Assembly (NCBI GenBank): GCA_951406725.2
Contig: OX597822.1
Location: 33,604,001-33,668,000, forward strand
DNA: 64,000 nt
Source: Octopus vulgaris
Lineage: Eukaryota
Direction of reading: 5' to 3'
Shown here: one piece after another, positions 1 to 12,232 of the stretch
How the letters are laid out: every line of letters begins with the position of its first letter
Numbering within the stretch: the first letter of the stretch is position 1
The notes under the pieces: generated by a model
The model's input: the letters and a program-made list of their open reading frames with translations, nothing else
Database searches by the model: none
Told to the model about the DNA's origin: nothing
Translations under genes and position numbers: made by a program

Positions 1-15
1 TGCTTCCCCACCCTG

Positions 16-50
<35 letters not shown>

Positions 51-184
51 TATATACATATATATATATACATATATCTATATTTATACATATATATATA
101 TATATATATATATGTGAGCATATATATACCTATATATACATATATATATACACACACACATAGACAAGTACATATATATCATTA

Positions 185-413
185 TTCTCTTATTCTTTTA
201 TTTGTTTTAGTCATTTGACTGCGGCCATGCTGAAGCACCGCCTTTAGTCGAACAAATCAACCCTAGATCTTATTCTTTTTAAGCCAAGTACTTATTCTCT
301 TGGCCTCTTTTGCCAAACCGCTAAGTTACAGGGATGTAAACACACCAGCACCAGTTGTCAAGTGATTTTGAGGGGCAAACACAGACACGAATACAGACAC
401 ACACAAACACACA

Positions 414-452
<39 letters not shown>

Positions 453-620
453 ACACACACACACACATATATACGACGGGCTTCTTTCAGTTTCCATTTA
501 CCAAATCCATTCACAAGGCTTTGGTCAGCCCAAGGCTATAGTAGAAGACACTTGCCCAAGATGCCACACAGTGGGACTGAACCCAGAACCTATTGTTTGG
601 GAAGGAAGCTTTTTAACAAA
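185..620 (-). mobile_element. SINE family A copy (tRNA-like head, internal (TG)n, (TAAAAGAG)n-like tail)
   Basis: Reverse complement of the multi-copy sequence seen intact at 8135-8554 and 21683-22101. Confidence 0.9.
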
Positions 621-779
621 CGTCTCACTTGCACGCCACATCATACGCTCCTTATGTCCAACATAACTTTAGCTAATTGGGTGAGTCATAAGGGCATTGA
701 ACAAAAAGCCATGTGGTATTCCTTTTGGCCACCATTGCTATGACTTCGATTTTTACCTTTCCATCCCCTTTAACCATCA

Positions 780-1110
780 TCTGGTCAAGCTTGCTCAGAC
801 ATTTTTAACCCACATATGTCATCCATCTTGCTCCTGCATCAGTTGAAGGAGATTTTCAGGGTGGCATCTTGTGGTGAGTTGATCTATATATGTTGTGTTC
901 CAATGACCAGCTCAAGTACGGCCATGCTTTGGCATCCATGGCAGCAGATCACTTGCCAGCTCTTGTTTAGCTCACCCCGCAATGTCCTGCAAAGTGCAAT
1001 GCACCTTTCCCTTATAATGGTGGAAACAGGCAGGAGATCTCCATACAGCTGTTTCTTGGTGGTCTGAGTTCTCCAAAATATGTTTAAGCAGAAATACCAC
1101 CAGCATTGGA
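780..1110 (-). mobile_element. Decayed 3' ORF2 fragment of an RTE-X-like LINE
   Basis: Translation LNIFWRTQTTKKQLYGDLLPVSTIIRER resembles the copy at 16021-16310 and RTE-type ORF2 C-termini (LNIxW..H.T..QLYG.LPPVS..IR.RR). Confidence 0.7.
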
Positions 1111-1189
1111 AAGCAGGACGGTAGTAGGGAATGAAACGCAAAATATTAAGAAAATACTTTGGATTTCTTTCCCCACTTCGCTCTCCCCA

Positions 1190-1405
1190 TGGAGTGGTTG
1201 ACGACACTCATGGAGTGGTTGACTATACTCACAGAGTGGTTTACTACACTCACAGAGTGGTTCACTACACTCACGGAGTGGTTGGCATTAGGAAGGGCAT
1301 CCAGCTGTAGAAACACTGCCAGATCAGACTGGAGCCTGGTGCAGCCTCCTGGCTTCCCAGATCCCGGTCGAACCGTCCAACCCATGCTAGCAGGAAAACA
1401 GACAT

Positions 1406-1436
<31 letters not shown>
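1190..1436 (+). mobile_element. SINE family B copy (RTE-related, (GAT)n tail) with four tandem ~21-bp ACACTCACAGAGTGGTT-like units
   Basis: GGAGTGGTTGGCATTAGGAAGGGCATCCAGCTGTAGAAA ... CCAACCCATGCTAGCA ... (GAT)n. Confidence 0.9.
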
Positions 1437-1611
1437 CTCCACTGAACAATCAGTCTTCAGTCTTGGTCTGGGAAACCAATCAGTTTGACTGACACTGCAA
1501 TCGTTTATAGGACCTGCAGCCATAGACAAGAAATTAGCAATCGAAAGACATTCCATAACTTCCTTCCCTATAGTGATTGATAAACAATGCATCTGTCTCC
1601 CTCTCTCCCTC

Positions 1612-1644
<33 letters not shown>

Positions 1645-1987
1645 GGAAAAATCAGCTGCATTAGACTTAAGCGAAGATGATCTAACCACATTTAGATGCC
1701 TAGAACATACTGTATGTCTCTCCTAAGTTATGTGCTGCGTACATAATTAATTAGATTAAACAAATGATTTAATTATATATCCACAATGCAACACCCTAGG
1801 CTCAGATGTATGTAAATATTGTTATATATCAATATATTTGATCTTTTAAGTGAAACCAAGGAAACTACAGTGTCATTGATTTTTCAAATTGCTGACAATG
1901 TCCGTTAGTCAAAACTCCTGACAGCACAGTCACCATCTTTCTGGTGACGGGGTAGGAGTTGAACTCAGAATGCACACAAGCCAAAAT

Positions 1988-2500
1988 ATTACCAGCCGAA
2001 CTGAGATTAACCCTGGTTCTCTGATACAAACTTCCTCTTTTAACATGTTCTAAATTATAATCTCTCATCAAAATTTCATGTTAATTTATGTTCCAAACAC
2101 CAGATTAATAACCCTTTCTGCTAAAGGCACAATTCCTGAAATTTCGGGGGAAAGGATAAGTTGATTACATTGACCCCAGTATTTCACTGGTACTTAATTT
2201 ATCGACCCCAAAAGGATGACAGCCAAAGTTGACCTCAGCACAATTTGAACTTGGAACAAGGCAGACAAAATGTCGCAAATACCAGATTAATGATGACAAA
2301 ATTATATCGCTAAATTCCTCATTATTTTGAAAATTAATTGAAACATAGTCAATGCATTACAACAGAAATATGCTAATGAAAGGGTTAAAATGCTAATGAA
2401 AGGGTTAAAAAATTATATTGGTAAATTCCTCGTTATTTTGAAAATTAATTGAAACATAATCAATGCATTACAACAGAAATATGCTAATGAAAGGGTTAAA
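1988..2500. mobile_element. piggyBac-like MITE remnant (AAAGGG-TTAA end, 3' part tandemly duplicated) interrupted by a family D SINE at 2110-2280
   Basis: Three AAAGGGTTAA ends. The SINE is flanked by the 11-bp duplication ACCAGATTAAT (2099-2109 / 2281-2291). Related sequence starts TTAACCCTTT near 31474. Confidence 0.55.
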
Positions 2501-2936
2501 GTACACAAGCTAAAAGAGCAAAAAACGTTTGGTTACAACTGATTTATATCAGAGCCGAAGCCAATTAATTCTAAATGATTGACTGAATCAGCCTTTTGAT
2601 ATTTATTTATCACTTCCAGATGGACAAAATGACAAAGGTGATCATTGCAAAAGTTCAAATCTAAACCATGAGGGATTTGAGTAAACACAATGAATTAACC
2701 CGTTGAACCTGTGAACCTGTGAGCACACTTTAGTAGACACAATTTAATTACACTGTGGAATAAAATTACTTTGCTTGGGAAACAAAGGCAGGAAAGGTGT
2801 TCCTACTATTGAATACTACCTGAATAAGCCAATTCTCTCACCCTTCAAGTGCCAAGCCTAGAGGCATCAATGAACATGGACCTCCATACCTTAGTCAGGA
2901 ATGTTGTGGTTTTCCATGGGAAAGATACATCAGTAG

Positions 2937-3336
2937 TACTCTTACTCTTTACTCTTTTACTTGTTTCAGTCATTTGACTGTGGCCATGCTGGAGCACCAC
3001 CTTTTTAGTCGAGCAAATCGACCCTGGGACTTATTCTTTGTAAGCCTAGTACTTATTCTATCGGTCCCTTTTGCTGAACCGCTAAGTTACGGGGACGTAA
3101 ACACACCAGCATCGGTTGTCAAGCGATGTTGGGGGGACAAACACAGACACACACTCATATATATAATATACATATATACGACGGGCTTCTTTCAGTTTTC
3201 TGTCTACCAAATCCACTCACAAGACTTCGGTCGGCCCGAGGCTATAGTAGAAGATACTTGCCCAAGGTATCACGCAGTGGGACTGAACCCGGAACCATGT
3301 GGTTCGTAAGCAAGCTACTTACCACTCCTACGCCTA
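2937..3336 (-). mobile_element. SINE family A copy
   Basis: Near full-length reverse complement of the family A consensus. Confidence 0.92.
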
Positions 3337-3574
3337 CTTTTTTTTTTTTTTTGTTTTTTTTTTTTTTGTTTTTTTTTACAATTTAACACATTAACCACCA
3401 CATGTATAGCCAGTGGTTCAATGCAGTAAGCTTCACACAACTACCATATGCACATTTTCATAATTACAGTTTTCGAAAATATTTACCCTGTGCACGTAAG
3501 CTCATGTAGTCGCTCATCTTTGTTTGTTTGTCACATGAGTGCTAAGTGTCAAAGCTTTATTATAAAGTAGAGTG

Positions 3575-3813
3575 TACAGTCGTGGCTGTGTGGTAAGAAG
3601 CTTGCTTCCCAACCACATGGTTCTGGGTTCAGTCCCACTGTGTGGTACATTGGGCAAGTGTCGTGTACTATAGCCTTGGGCTGACCAAATCCTTGTGAGT
3701 AGAACTAATAGACAGAAACTGAAAGAAGCCTGTCGTATATGTGTATGTGTGTATATGTATGTGTGTGTTTGTATGTGCGTGTGTGTGTGTGTATTTGACA
3801 CATACTTGACCAT
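3575..3813 (+). mobile_element. SINE family A, 5' half
   Basis: GTGGCTGTGTGGTAAGAAGCTTGCTTCCCAACCACATGGTTCTGGGTTCAGTCCC head. Confidence 0.88.
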
Positions 3814-4778
3814 CTAGTATCCTTCATTTTTTTTAGGGAAATTTAGTCTCTGTTTCTGATACAGCAAATAACCATGAAGAGGTTTCCTCGTTAATTCCTT
3901 TTATTTTTTATCATTAATCAGAAATTTTTTTTTAAATATAAAAAGCAAAAAAAAAAAAAAAAAAGAGACAGACAGACAGACTATGATGCATTGAATTGAA
4001 TTAATTTGCCTAATTTATTTTTAACAACTTGCACCTAATGGTTTACAATCAATATATAGATTAATATAACTGAATGAAACAATTAATTATTCTTCTGTTG
4101 TACCTGCTTGACGAGAGGTCTGATCTGAAATCAGGTGTTAAAAGTAAAACTGATAAAAATGTAGTCTTCAATACATGGTGACTGCATCCGAAATGCGCCA
4201 TGAAAGACGTTAATATTTATTACGATATAAACTATTGAACAAGTGACTGCAACATAATAAATATATTATATTCATAATGTATTTTATTGAATGTATTTTA
4301 CCGCATCTTGCTATTTCCACTGTCATTGTTGTTGTCATTGGCACTGTCATTTAGTTCCGGGTCAGCTCCGATTGAGAAGGTCAGTATTCGAAAGTGTTCC
4401 AGTCATGGCAAACCAGTCTTATATTTTGAGACGTGCATTTCAATTTTACTCCCCTTTTTAACACTTCGGCATTCAGATTATTCAGTCAATTCTTATTTTA
4501 ATTAATCACATTATTTTGAATTAATCCTGCATTATTTCATAGCTTCAAGATCACACTGGTGTATTTTATGTGGCACCAGCATCACCAAGGAAATCAGATA
4601 ACATGCAAGACAAAGGCCCCCTCGACAAAGAAGGATGAGGGAAGTTGCTTTATGCCAGCTGAGCAGTTAAAGAATAGTAGAGGGAGAGAGAATAGGTGCC
4701 ATACTATATAGAAGAGAAGCATGGCTACTCTAGTGGGAAATATAAAATAGAAATATGAAATAGAGTTCAAAGTAAGGC

Positions 4779-5014
4779 AAAATATGTAAGGTAATGCCAA
4801 TGAATAAAGACAACAATAAGATATTGTATTGCGCTACATAGGTTGCTTAATGCTTCAATTATATTTCGGGAAAGCTTCCCTTTATCAAATATAAAATAAA
4901 AATAATTCATGAGTTCAAAGCTTTAGCAAAATATAACCAATATTATGTCACCCTTATCTAGGGTGACACAATATCTTGTCTGTCTTTATTTATTGGCCTC
5001 ACCTTACATATTTT
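4779..5014. repeat. ~50-bp inverted repeat enclosing a decayed minus-strand hammerhead
   Basis: AAAATATGTAAGGT..GCCAAT..ATAAAGACA..AAGATATTGT pairs with 4963-5014. Minus strand TTGATAA-A-GGGAA gct TTCCC-GAAAT at 4888-4863. Confidence 0.55.
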
Positions 5015-6149
5015 AAACGACACTTTGCCAGCATTACTTAAACATCATCTGAAAAATATTTATATTCATTTACATATAGCAATGCTTCTAGCTAATTACT
5101 ATACTCTTTTACATCAAAATACGGCAACCCGGTTCTACAGAAATGTCTCAAGAGCTATCTCTAAATCTTCTGATAATACTTGGCAAAGCTACAAATCTAA
5201 TTAAACACAAGCCTAATATATATATATATTAATCATTCAGATAAATAACTTTCTTTTCTAATGATTTGTTACTTAGCCAAACAGTTAGAAATGAGAGGAC
5301 TATAGAGATCATGGTTTCCAAATCTTACCTAAAGGCATTCACATAATCTTTTTCCCCCCACAATACATTACCCCCCACCCCCAACAAATAATTACTTACA
5401 AATGTCAGCTTATAGATCTTCATGGTTATGTGGTTAAGAATATTATTTTGCAACCCCAAGGTATAGGATTCAATCCCACTGCATGGCACCTTGGGTAAGG
5501 GTCTTTTATTATAGCTCTGGGCCAACCAACGCCTTATGGGTGAATTTATAGATGGAAACTGTGTGGAAACCTAGAGAATACATATATATATTTATACATA
5601 TATATATATATATATATACATGCATGCATGCATACATACATACATACATACATACATACATACATACATACATACATACATACATACATACATACATACA
5701 TACATACATACATACATACATGCATGCATGCATGCATGCATACATATATGCCTTGGTACAGTAATCCTTGACTATTGTGAGTTTTATGTTCTAAAACCCC
5801 CCACGAAGTAGAAGCAGTACTGTACTGTATATTTTTTTAATTATTTTTATAATTAGTATATATTTACCTTATTATAACTGCAAAACAACACCATGGAGGA
5901 ATTGATGTAAGCTTAAATAATAAACTGCTATAGGTGAACCATGATAGGTGAACCGTGATATGGCGAGGGATTAGCAATGATCCCTTATTATTTGACAACC
6001 AGTGTTGGTTTGTTTATGATCTCATAACTTACAGTCTCAACAAAAGACACTAATAGAATAAGATAAACAAAACTGATTTCACTAGTCTCAAAGAATCTTT
6101 GGATGTCACGTCCATTGGCTTCCCTTTGGATTTGAACCTGCTCAAATCA

Positions 6150-7069
6150 AAAATTGTTGGGAGTCCTCAGGTTCTAAATCTGACGAACAGTGGGAGTACA
6201 GAAGTGATACAGGAGAGATTTACCTGTGAGGTTTAGCGAGAAACTCACAGGTGAGGAGAGCTCGGTGACATGGTGCATTGTCAGCATGAAGAATCCAGTT
6301 CCTTGCCTTCTACGGATCTGGTTGCTTTTGCTGAATGTCCTCCCTCAAACACTTCAAAACATCGCAGAAGAACTCTCGGTTGATGGTCTGGCCCTGGGGG
6401 ATGAATTCTCAATGCACATTACCAGGGATCATCATCGTTTAACGTCCGCTTTCCATGCTAGCATGGGTTGGACGAATGACTGAGGGCTGGCGTACCAGAT
6501 GGCTGAACCAGGCTTCAATCTTGATCTGGCAGAGTTTCTACAGCTGGATGCCCTTCCTAATGCCAACCACTCCGAGAGTGTAGTGGGTGCTTTTACGTGC
6601 CACTGGCACGGGGCCAGTCAGGCAGTACTGGCAGCAACCTCGCTCGAATCTTTTACACATGCCACCAGCACAGGTGCCGGATAATGAAAAAAAAACAATA
6701 AGCATGCTCTTGATTGAGCTGCGGTTCTGTCATGTCTTCTTCGGCCATGGAGATAAAGATACAACCCATTGCCTCATCACCATAAGCTTGCCAAAGCATG
6801 CTCAATGTTGCTGTAGCAGACTTCCTGAGTTTAACACAAAATTTCTCATTGGCTTTGTCTCAACTTCCTCAATTACAAAATCACAAACTACAGCATACAC
6901 GAGATCGCAAAAACACAAATTACACAACTTTCAAGGTAAACAGAGCGATGTCACTCAGGACACCACCTCATGAAGGTCACTGCTAGCTTTCATTCCACAT
7001 GCAATCATGTACTGCCATCTGTTGGCATACAACAGAACTAGTCTGAGAACTTTTTGATACCACCTCGTA
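6150..7069 (-). mobile_element. Internally deleted, decayed mariner (Tc1/mariner) transposon; family B SINE inserted at about 6428-6680
   Basis: TIR-like TA-CGAGGTGGTATCAAAAAGTTC at 7069-7047. Minus-strand peptides KFCVKLRKSATATLSMLWQAYGDEAM, IKSMLIVFF, EFIPQGQTINREFFCDVLKCLRE and WILHADNAPCH match mariner transposase motifs; stops are present. Confidence 0.88.
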
Positions 7070-7107
7070 TCTCATTAGCATCCACTTTTTTTCAGCCACC
7101 AGAATAA

Positions 7108-7238
7108 TTTGGGACTTATGAAAGGAAAGCTTTATGCTACTCAGAACATATGAAGCAAAGGCAACCTAAAAGTCTGTAAACAAGCATAGATGCTTAGGAC
7201 AAGCTTACAAAGATGCTTTGGACAGGCAAAAGGTTAAA
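7108..7238. repeat. Small dispersed repeat, second copy at about 13209-13359 (ends AA(T/A)GGTTAA; piggyBac-like MITE)
   Basis: Shared TTGGGA(C/T)TTATGAAA..GCTTTAT..TACTCAGAACATATGAA..TTAGGACAAG..TGCTTTGGA..GGTTAA. Confidence 0.6.
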
Positions 7239-8134
7239 TCTGGTTTGCGAAAATGTAAGACACAGTGCAGATCACATGGAATTAAAATTTGGCCATCTAT
7301 CACCACAAGCCTAGAAATTATAGAACAAGACAGAAAGTAATTAATTCTTCATACACATTTTAATTTCTTTTGTCTACTGGAATACATTTTACAAATATAG
7401 ATTTAGATTAAATAGGCATCACTGAAAATAGCATCTAACTCTAAAACCATAACATGTAAATAGTTAAATTTGCAGAAATTATCCATTTATGAGTAGCATG
7501 AAATGGATAGCATTAAATGTCTCACCATAATCCAGAGAGATTTATAATGCAAATATTTAACACTCGGGTAATTAGTATTGAACTATTACAAGCATGCAAA
7601 GCAATGAGAATTAAAACAAAGACGTGTTTATTTACTCTTAACACATTCAGGCAGCCTTGGATATAAATATGCTTTTCACCATTGGCTTCTGTCTTTAAAG
7701 AACAAGTGTTCCCATTAGACAGAATCTAACATAATTCATCCCTAAGTCTGCTGGAATGAGTTATAAATGAATACAAGCATACGTAATTGTTAATTAGTGT
7801 TAATTATACAATTCATTTATCCTGCTTCATTTTATCGTTGCAGGCAACATTCTCAGAATATCTAATATCTATTGACCAACAGCCATCATAAAATCCAAAA
7901 CACATAGTACTGAGTATCTGCCGTGGAGCTTCTATTAGGTTATACTAAAAATGAAGCCATCAATGAAGCAGTGGCTGGTTCAGTTCCTTGGTTATCCATC
8001 TATTTCCCCTCAAACCTCCCTATCATATAAATTTGTAAAAATCATTGGTTTAGGTAATCAGCTGCTGTCCAAGCAAAGATTCTTGATCATAACAGTTTAG
8101 CATCACAATATTTATTCCAATATCATATATCATA

Positions 8135-8554
8135 GGCACAGGAGTGGCTATGTGGTAAGTAGCTTGCTTACCAACCACATGGTTCCGGGTTCAGTCCCAC
8201 TGCGTGGCACCTTGGACAAGTGTCTTCTACTATAGCCTCGGGCCGACCAAAGCCTTGTGAGTGGATTTGGTAGACGGAAACTGAAAGAAGCCCATCGTAT
8301 ATATGTGTATATATATATGTGCGTGTGTGTTTGTGTGTCTGTGTTTGTCTCCCTAGCATTGCTTGACAACTGATGCTGGTGTGTTTATGTCCCCGTAACT
8401 TAGCGGTTCGGCAAAAGAGAACAATAGAATAAGTACTGGGCTTACAAAGAATAAGTCCCGGGGTCGAGTAGTTCGATTAAAGGTGGTGCTCCAGCATGGC
8501 CGCAGTCAAATGACTGAAACAAGTAAAAGAGTAAAAAAGAGAGAGTAAAGAGTA
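8135..8554 (+). mobile_element. SINE family A, full-length
   Basis: Head GGCACAGGAGTGGCTATGTGGTAAG..GGTTCAGTCCC, CCTTGGACAAGTGTC block, (TA)/(TG) middle, tail GGTGCTCCAGCATGGCCGCAGTCAAATGACTGAAACAAG(TAAAAGAG)n. Confidence 0.93.
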
Positions 8555-8949
8555 TATCTGTGTCTAACATTCACATAATACCTAAACCTTTCTTTCTTTC
8601 TCTCATTTATTTACCTCTTAAGCATGATACTCATTCTTCTCCTTCTATCAAAAATACTTTCTCCAGTCTATACCTTCTTCATAGAGGGGTCATATCTTGC
8701 AGGTACTTGGCGATTTCACTGGTGCTAGTGCCTTGTTAAAAAAAAACACGCATGTACACTCTGTTAAGTGGTTGACATTAGGAAGGGTATCCAACATCAA
8801 CAGTCAAATCAAGAAGGCAAAAGCCAATGCAATACACACACACCACATGCCAGTGAGGTGGCATCATTTGAAAGATACAACATGAGGAAGTGCACTGTGG
8901 TCAGTATAACAACATCTGATAGTCTGATCAATACAGTGATATAGACACC

Positions 8950-9267
8950 AAGCTGGTGACACGTATAAAGCACCATCCGAACGTGGCAGATGCCAGCGCC
9001 GCCTGACTGGTGTCCGTGTCGGTGACACGTAAAAGCACCAACCGATTGTGGCCGTTTGCCAGCCTGCTCTGGCACCTGTGCCGGTGGCACGTAAAAAAAG
9101 CCCACTACACACACGGAGTGGTTGGTGTTAGGAAGGGCATCCAGCTGTAGAAACACTGCCAAATCAGACTGGAGCCTGGTGCAGCCTCCATGGCTTACCA
9201 GACCCCGGTCGAACCATCCAACCCATGGTAGCATGGAAAACGGACGTTAAATGATGATGATGATGAT
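8950..9267 (+). mobile_element. SINE family B with tandem ~60-bp 5' units
   Basis: Repeated GGTG(G/A)CACGTAAAA..GCACC units followed by the B body and (GAT)n. Confidence 0.9.
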
Positions 9268-9316
<49 letters not shown>

Positions 9317-9321
<5 letters not shown>

Positions 9322-9446
9322 TAGAAATGGAAACCAAAATATCTTATACAGATAATAAAATTGAATTGAATTTATCATTTAATGATTAAATTATTTAATT
9401 GTTCAATTTGTCATTTTGGCTTCCGTTTCTAATTTATATTTACATG
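9317..9446. repeat. Short inverted-repeat (MITE-like) element next to (TA)n
   Basis: TAAATTAGAAATGGAAACCAAAAT / ATTTTGGCTTCCGTTTCTAATTTA. Confidence 0.7.
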
Positions 9447-9536
9447 TTGATAAACTGTATGTTTATTTTATTTATTTATTTACCTATCTGTTAAGAGGGA
9501 TAGTTCATAACATTGTTATCTATATAGGTAAAAAAA

Positions 9537-9692
9537 ATTCAGCAAATTCTTTGGATTAAAGATTTTTGCCAACATAACATGGCAGTCCTGGTTTAGGACG
9601 AATGATGCTGTAATTAAAGTATTATTCATCCTAAACCAGGACTGCCATGTTATGTTGGCAAAAATCTTTACTTCAAAGTACTGTTGCTGAAT
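9537..9692. repeat. Long fold-back hairpin with a perfect 42-bp stem
   Basis: 9557-9598 is the exact reverse complement of 9629-9670; flanking ATTCAGCAA/TTGCTGAAT also pairs. Confidence 0.95.
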
Positions 9693-9917
9693 AACTTTCA
9701 TCGTGAGATTTAAAAATAGTAATTTTCTAATTGTTTGGATATTTAATATCCCTTAGGTGTTTATTTAACACCTAACTAAATTTTAAGATATATATACATA
9801 TATATATATATTTATATACCCTTCCTTCGTGAGCATCCAATAATACTATATTTGTTCCACGTCCTTGCGTTGTTGTGTTTTCTCTTGGTGTTTTCATGTT
9901 TGGATTAACTTTATATA

Positions 9918-9962
<45 letters not shown>

Positions 9963-9967
9963 GTATA

Positions 9968-10034
<67 letters not shown>

Positions 10035-10477
10035 CTGGCCTGAAGGGTGGATTGCAGTCTACCCCTCATTTAGATAATTTACTACTTCCAATGAAAAAAA
10101 AATGTAACCTAAAAACTTTGTATATCAGTGACAAAAAAAAAACTGATGTGAAAGCACACCACAATCTATAAGAAGAAAGCTGAGAGTAAAAACATCTACA
10201 CAAGTGACTTTAAAACTCCATATAGAAATTATTTTTTTAAAAAATGAGAAAAGTTGAAGTAAAAGAAATATAAATTGTTTGGGAAAAAAATTTAGATGCC
10301 ACAATGGAAATAAAGTAAAGCAAATACCAAATGGAAAGGTGTTAAAATCCACCGATATCTAAGCGAAGCGATCAATTGGAAAATGATATCAGGGGTAAAA
10401 AGAAATACATCATGCATTGACAGAAAGAGACAGACAAAAATAGAGAGACACACATGTAGGAAGAGAGATGAGAGAGA

Positions 10478-10481
<4 letters not shown>

Positions 10482-10568
<87 letters not shown>
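10482..10568. repeat. (GA)n microsatellite
   Basis: Direct observation. Confidence 0.97.
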
Positions 10569-10570
<2 letters not shown>

Positions 10571-10679
10571 CTTCCAATTACTTTGAAGAATTTGAAAAAG
10601 ACTTCCTGGTTAACAGAATAGATGTGCAGCTCTTTCGAAAAAGAAATTCAAGGAATTTCCTTTCAACAGACGGTGCCAC

Positions 10680-10695
10680 CCACTAGATGGCAGCA
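10680..10695 (+). promoter_or_regulatory. CTCF-like binding motif
   Basis: CCACTAGATGGCAGCA closely matches the bilaterian CTCF core CCASYAGRKGGCRS; lies in apparently unique sequence. Confidence 0.45.
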
Positions 10696-11094
10696 GTGGT
10701 ATCTGTAAGGGTGAAATATGGGTATGGGGAGAACAGGAGGTATGTTTGCTTTGAAGCAGAAAAATCTTCCAAATTTTACTTGTATGTAAAATATTAGAAG
10801 GAAAATAAATCAGATTCTTTCTCAATGAAATCAAAAATTAAATACTTCTTAACAAAAAGAAAACTAAATCATAATTTCATAATACCAATAAAGAATATAT
10901 TTTTACAACTTATCACATTCAAATATTTAGCTTACTCAAATAAGTCTCACAAATCATGCTTTATCCTTTTGTTGTTGTTGTTTTTTGTTTTTTTTTATTT
11001 TACTGGTTTCAGTTTTCAGCCTGTAATTTTGCAAGGACACAGCCTACATGGGTTTTAGTCAATTTCCATGTACTTCCATGTACAAAAAGTATTT

Positions 11095-11335
11095 ATATAT
11101 GTATATATATATATGTGTGTGTATATATTTGTGTCTATGTTTGTCCCCCCAACATCGCTTGACAACTGATGCTGGTGTGTTTACATCCCCGTAACTTAGC
11201 GGTTCGGCAAAAGAGGCCGATAGAATAAGTACCAGATTTACAAAGAATAAGTCCTGGGGTCGATTTGCTCGACTAAAGGCTGTGCTCCAGCATGGCTGCA
11301 GTCAAATGACTGAAACAAGTAAAAGAGTAAAGAGT
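11095..11335 (+). mobile_element. SINE family A, 3' half
   Basis: Family A body and tail. Confidence 0.9.
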
Positions 11336-11346
11336 TATTATTATTA

Positions 11347-11597
11347 TAGTGTTGGCCAAAAATCACTTGACAGTAAGTCAAAATTCCATAAATGCTTAAT
11401 ATTCAATTTCATTTATTCATTCCAATTATGAATAAATAGCATCCAATTTAATAATTGGATGCTATGAGTTAAAATCACCGCTTTTTTGCCACATTTGTCT
11501 ATTTTTTAACAAAGTCACATATAAAATATTTTTTTTGGTTTAATCTTGAGATTAAATAGGTTTTGCTTTACTGATGGGTGACTTTAGGCCAGCTCTG
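11347..11597. mobile_element. Tc1/mariner-type MITE
   Basis: TA on both flanks. Imperfect ~37-bp TIRs TAGTGTTGGCCAAAAATCACTTGACAGTAAG and (reverse complement) CAGAGCTGGCCTAAAGTCACCCATCAGTAAAG. Confidence 0.75.
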
Positions 11598-11614
11598 TAC
11601 ATCTTTAAGGCTGT

Positions 11615-11822
11615 TAACTGGCAGAATAATTTGCACGCCAGGCAAAATACTTAATAGCATTTTGTCTGTTTTTGCATTCTGAGATCAAATTCTGCGAAGG
11701 TCAGATTTATCTTTCATCCTTTCGGGGTCAATAGAATACGTACCAGTTGAGCTATGGGATCAATGCAATCGACTATCCCCTTCCCCTTAAAATTGCTGGC
11801 ATTGTGCCAAAATTTGAAACTA
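11615..11822 (+). mobile_element. SINE family D (diverged)
   Basis: CTGGCAGAAT..GCACGCCAGGCAAAAT..CTTTCATCCTTTCGGGGTCAATA block. Confidence 0.8.
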
Positions 11823-12046
11823 ATATTATCATACATCTATCTTCATTTACCACTAATTCATTCATCACTGATCCGGATAACACCACATGCTTAACTGTGA
11901 ACCAGATTATGCTTAATGTAAATTGGAATTGATCCGTGAATACACAGACTGGCAATCAGTCAAGGATTTTGCACGGACCACAAAAGCACAATCATCCACA
12001 ACGCTCAGGGCAGCTTAAAGTCTAGAACAAAATCTATTTTTCGCCC

Positions 12047-12232
12047 ATCATCATCGTCATCGTTTATCGCCCGTTTTCCATGCTGGCATGGGTTGGACGG
12101 TTTGACTGAGGTCTGGAGAGCTTGCAGCTGCAGCAGGCTCCAATCTGATCTAGCAATATTCTACAGCTGGATGCCCTTCCTAATGATAACCCCTCCAAGA
12201 GTGTAGTGGGTCTTTTTTTACATGCCACATCA
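12047..12232 (-). mobile_element. SINE family B
   Basis: (CAT)n followed by the reverse-complement B body. Confidence 0.88.

Noticed and set aside
1865-2071. 68-aa minus-strand ORF
   Set aside because: It partly overlaps a MITE remnant and contains no recognisable domain.
4100-4202. Possible minus-strand micro-exon or short first exon ending CAG|GTACAA
   Set aside because: The donor is weak and the product is unrecognisable.
8148-8369. Recurring peptides such as YQIHSQGFGRPEAIVEDTCPRCHAVGLNPEPCGW and FLQLDALPNANHS
   Set aside because: They are antisense translations of SINE families A and B, not a protein family.
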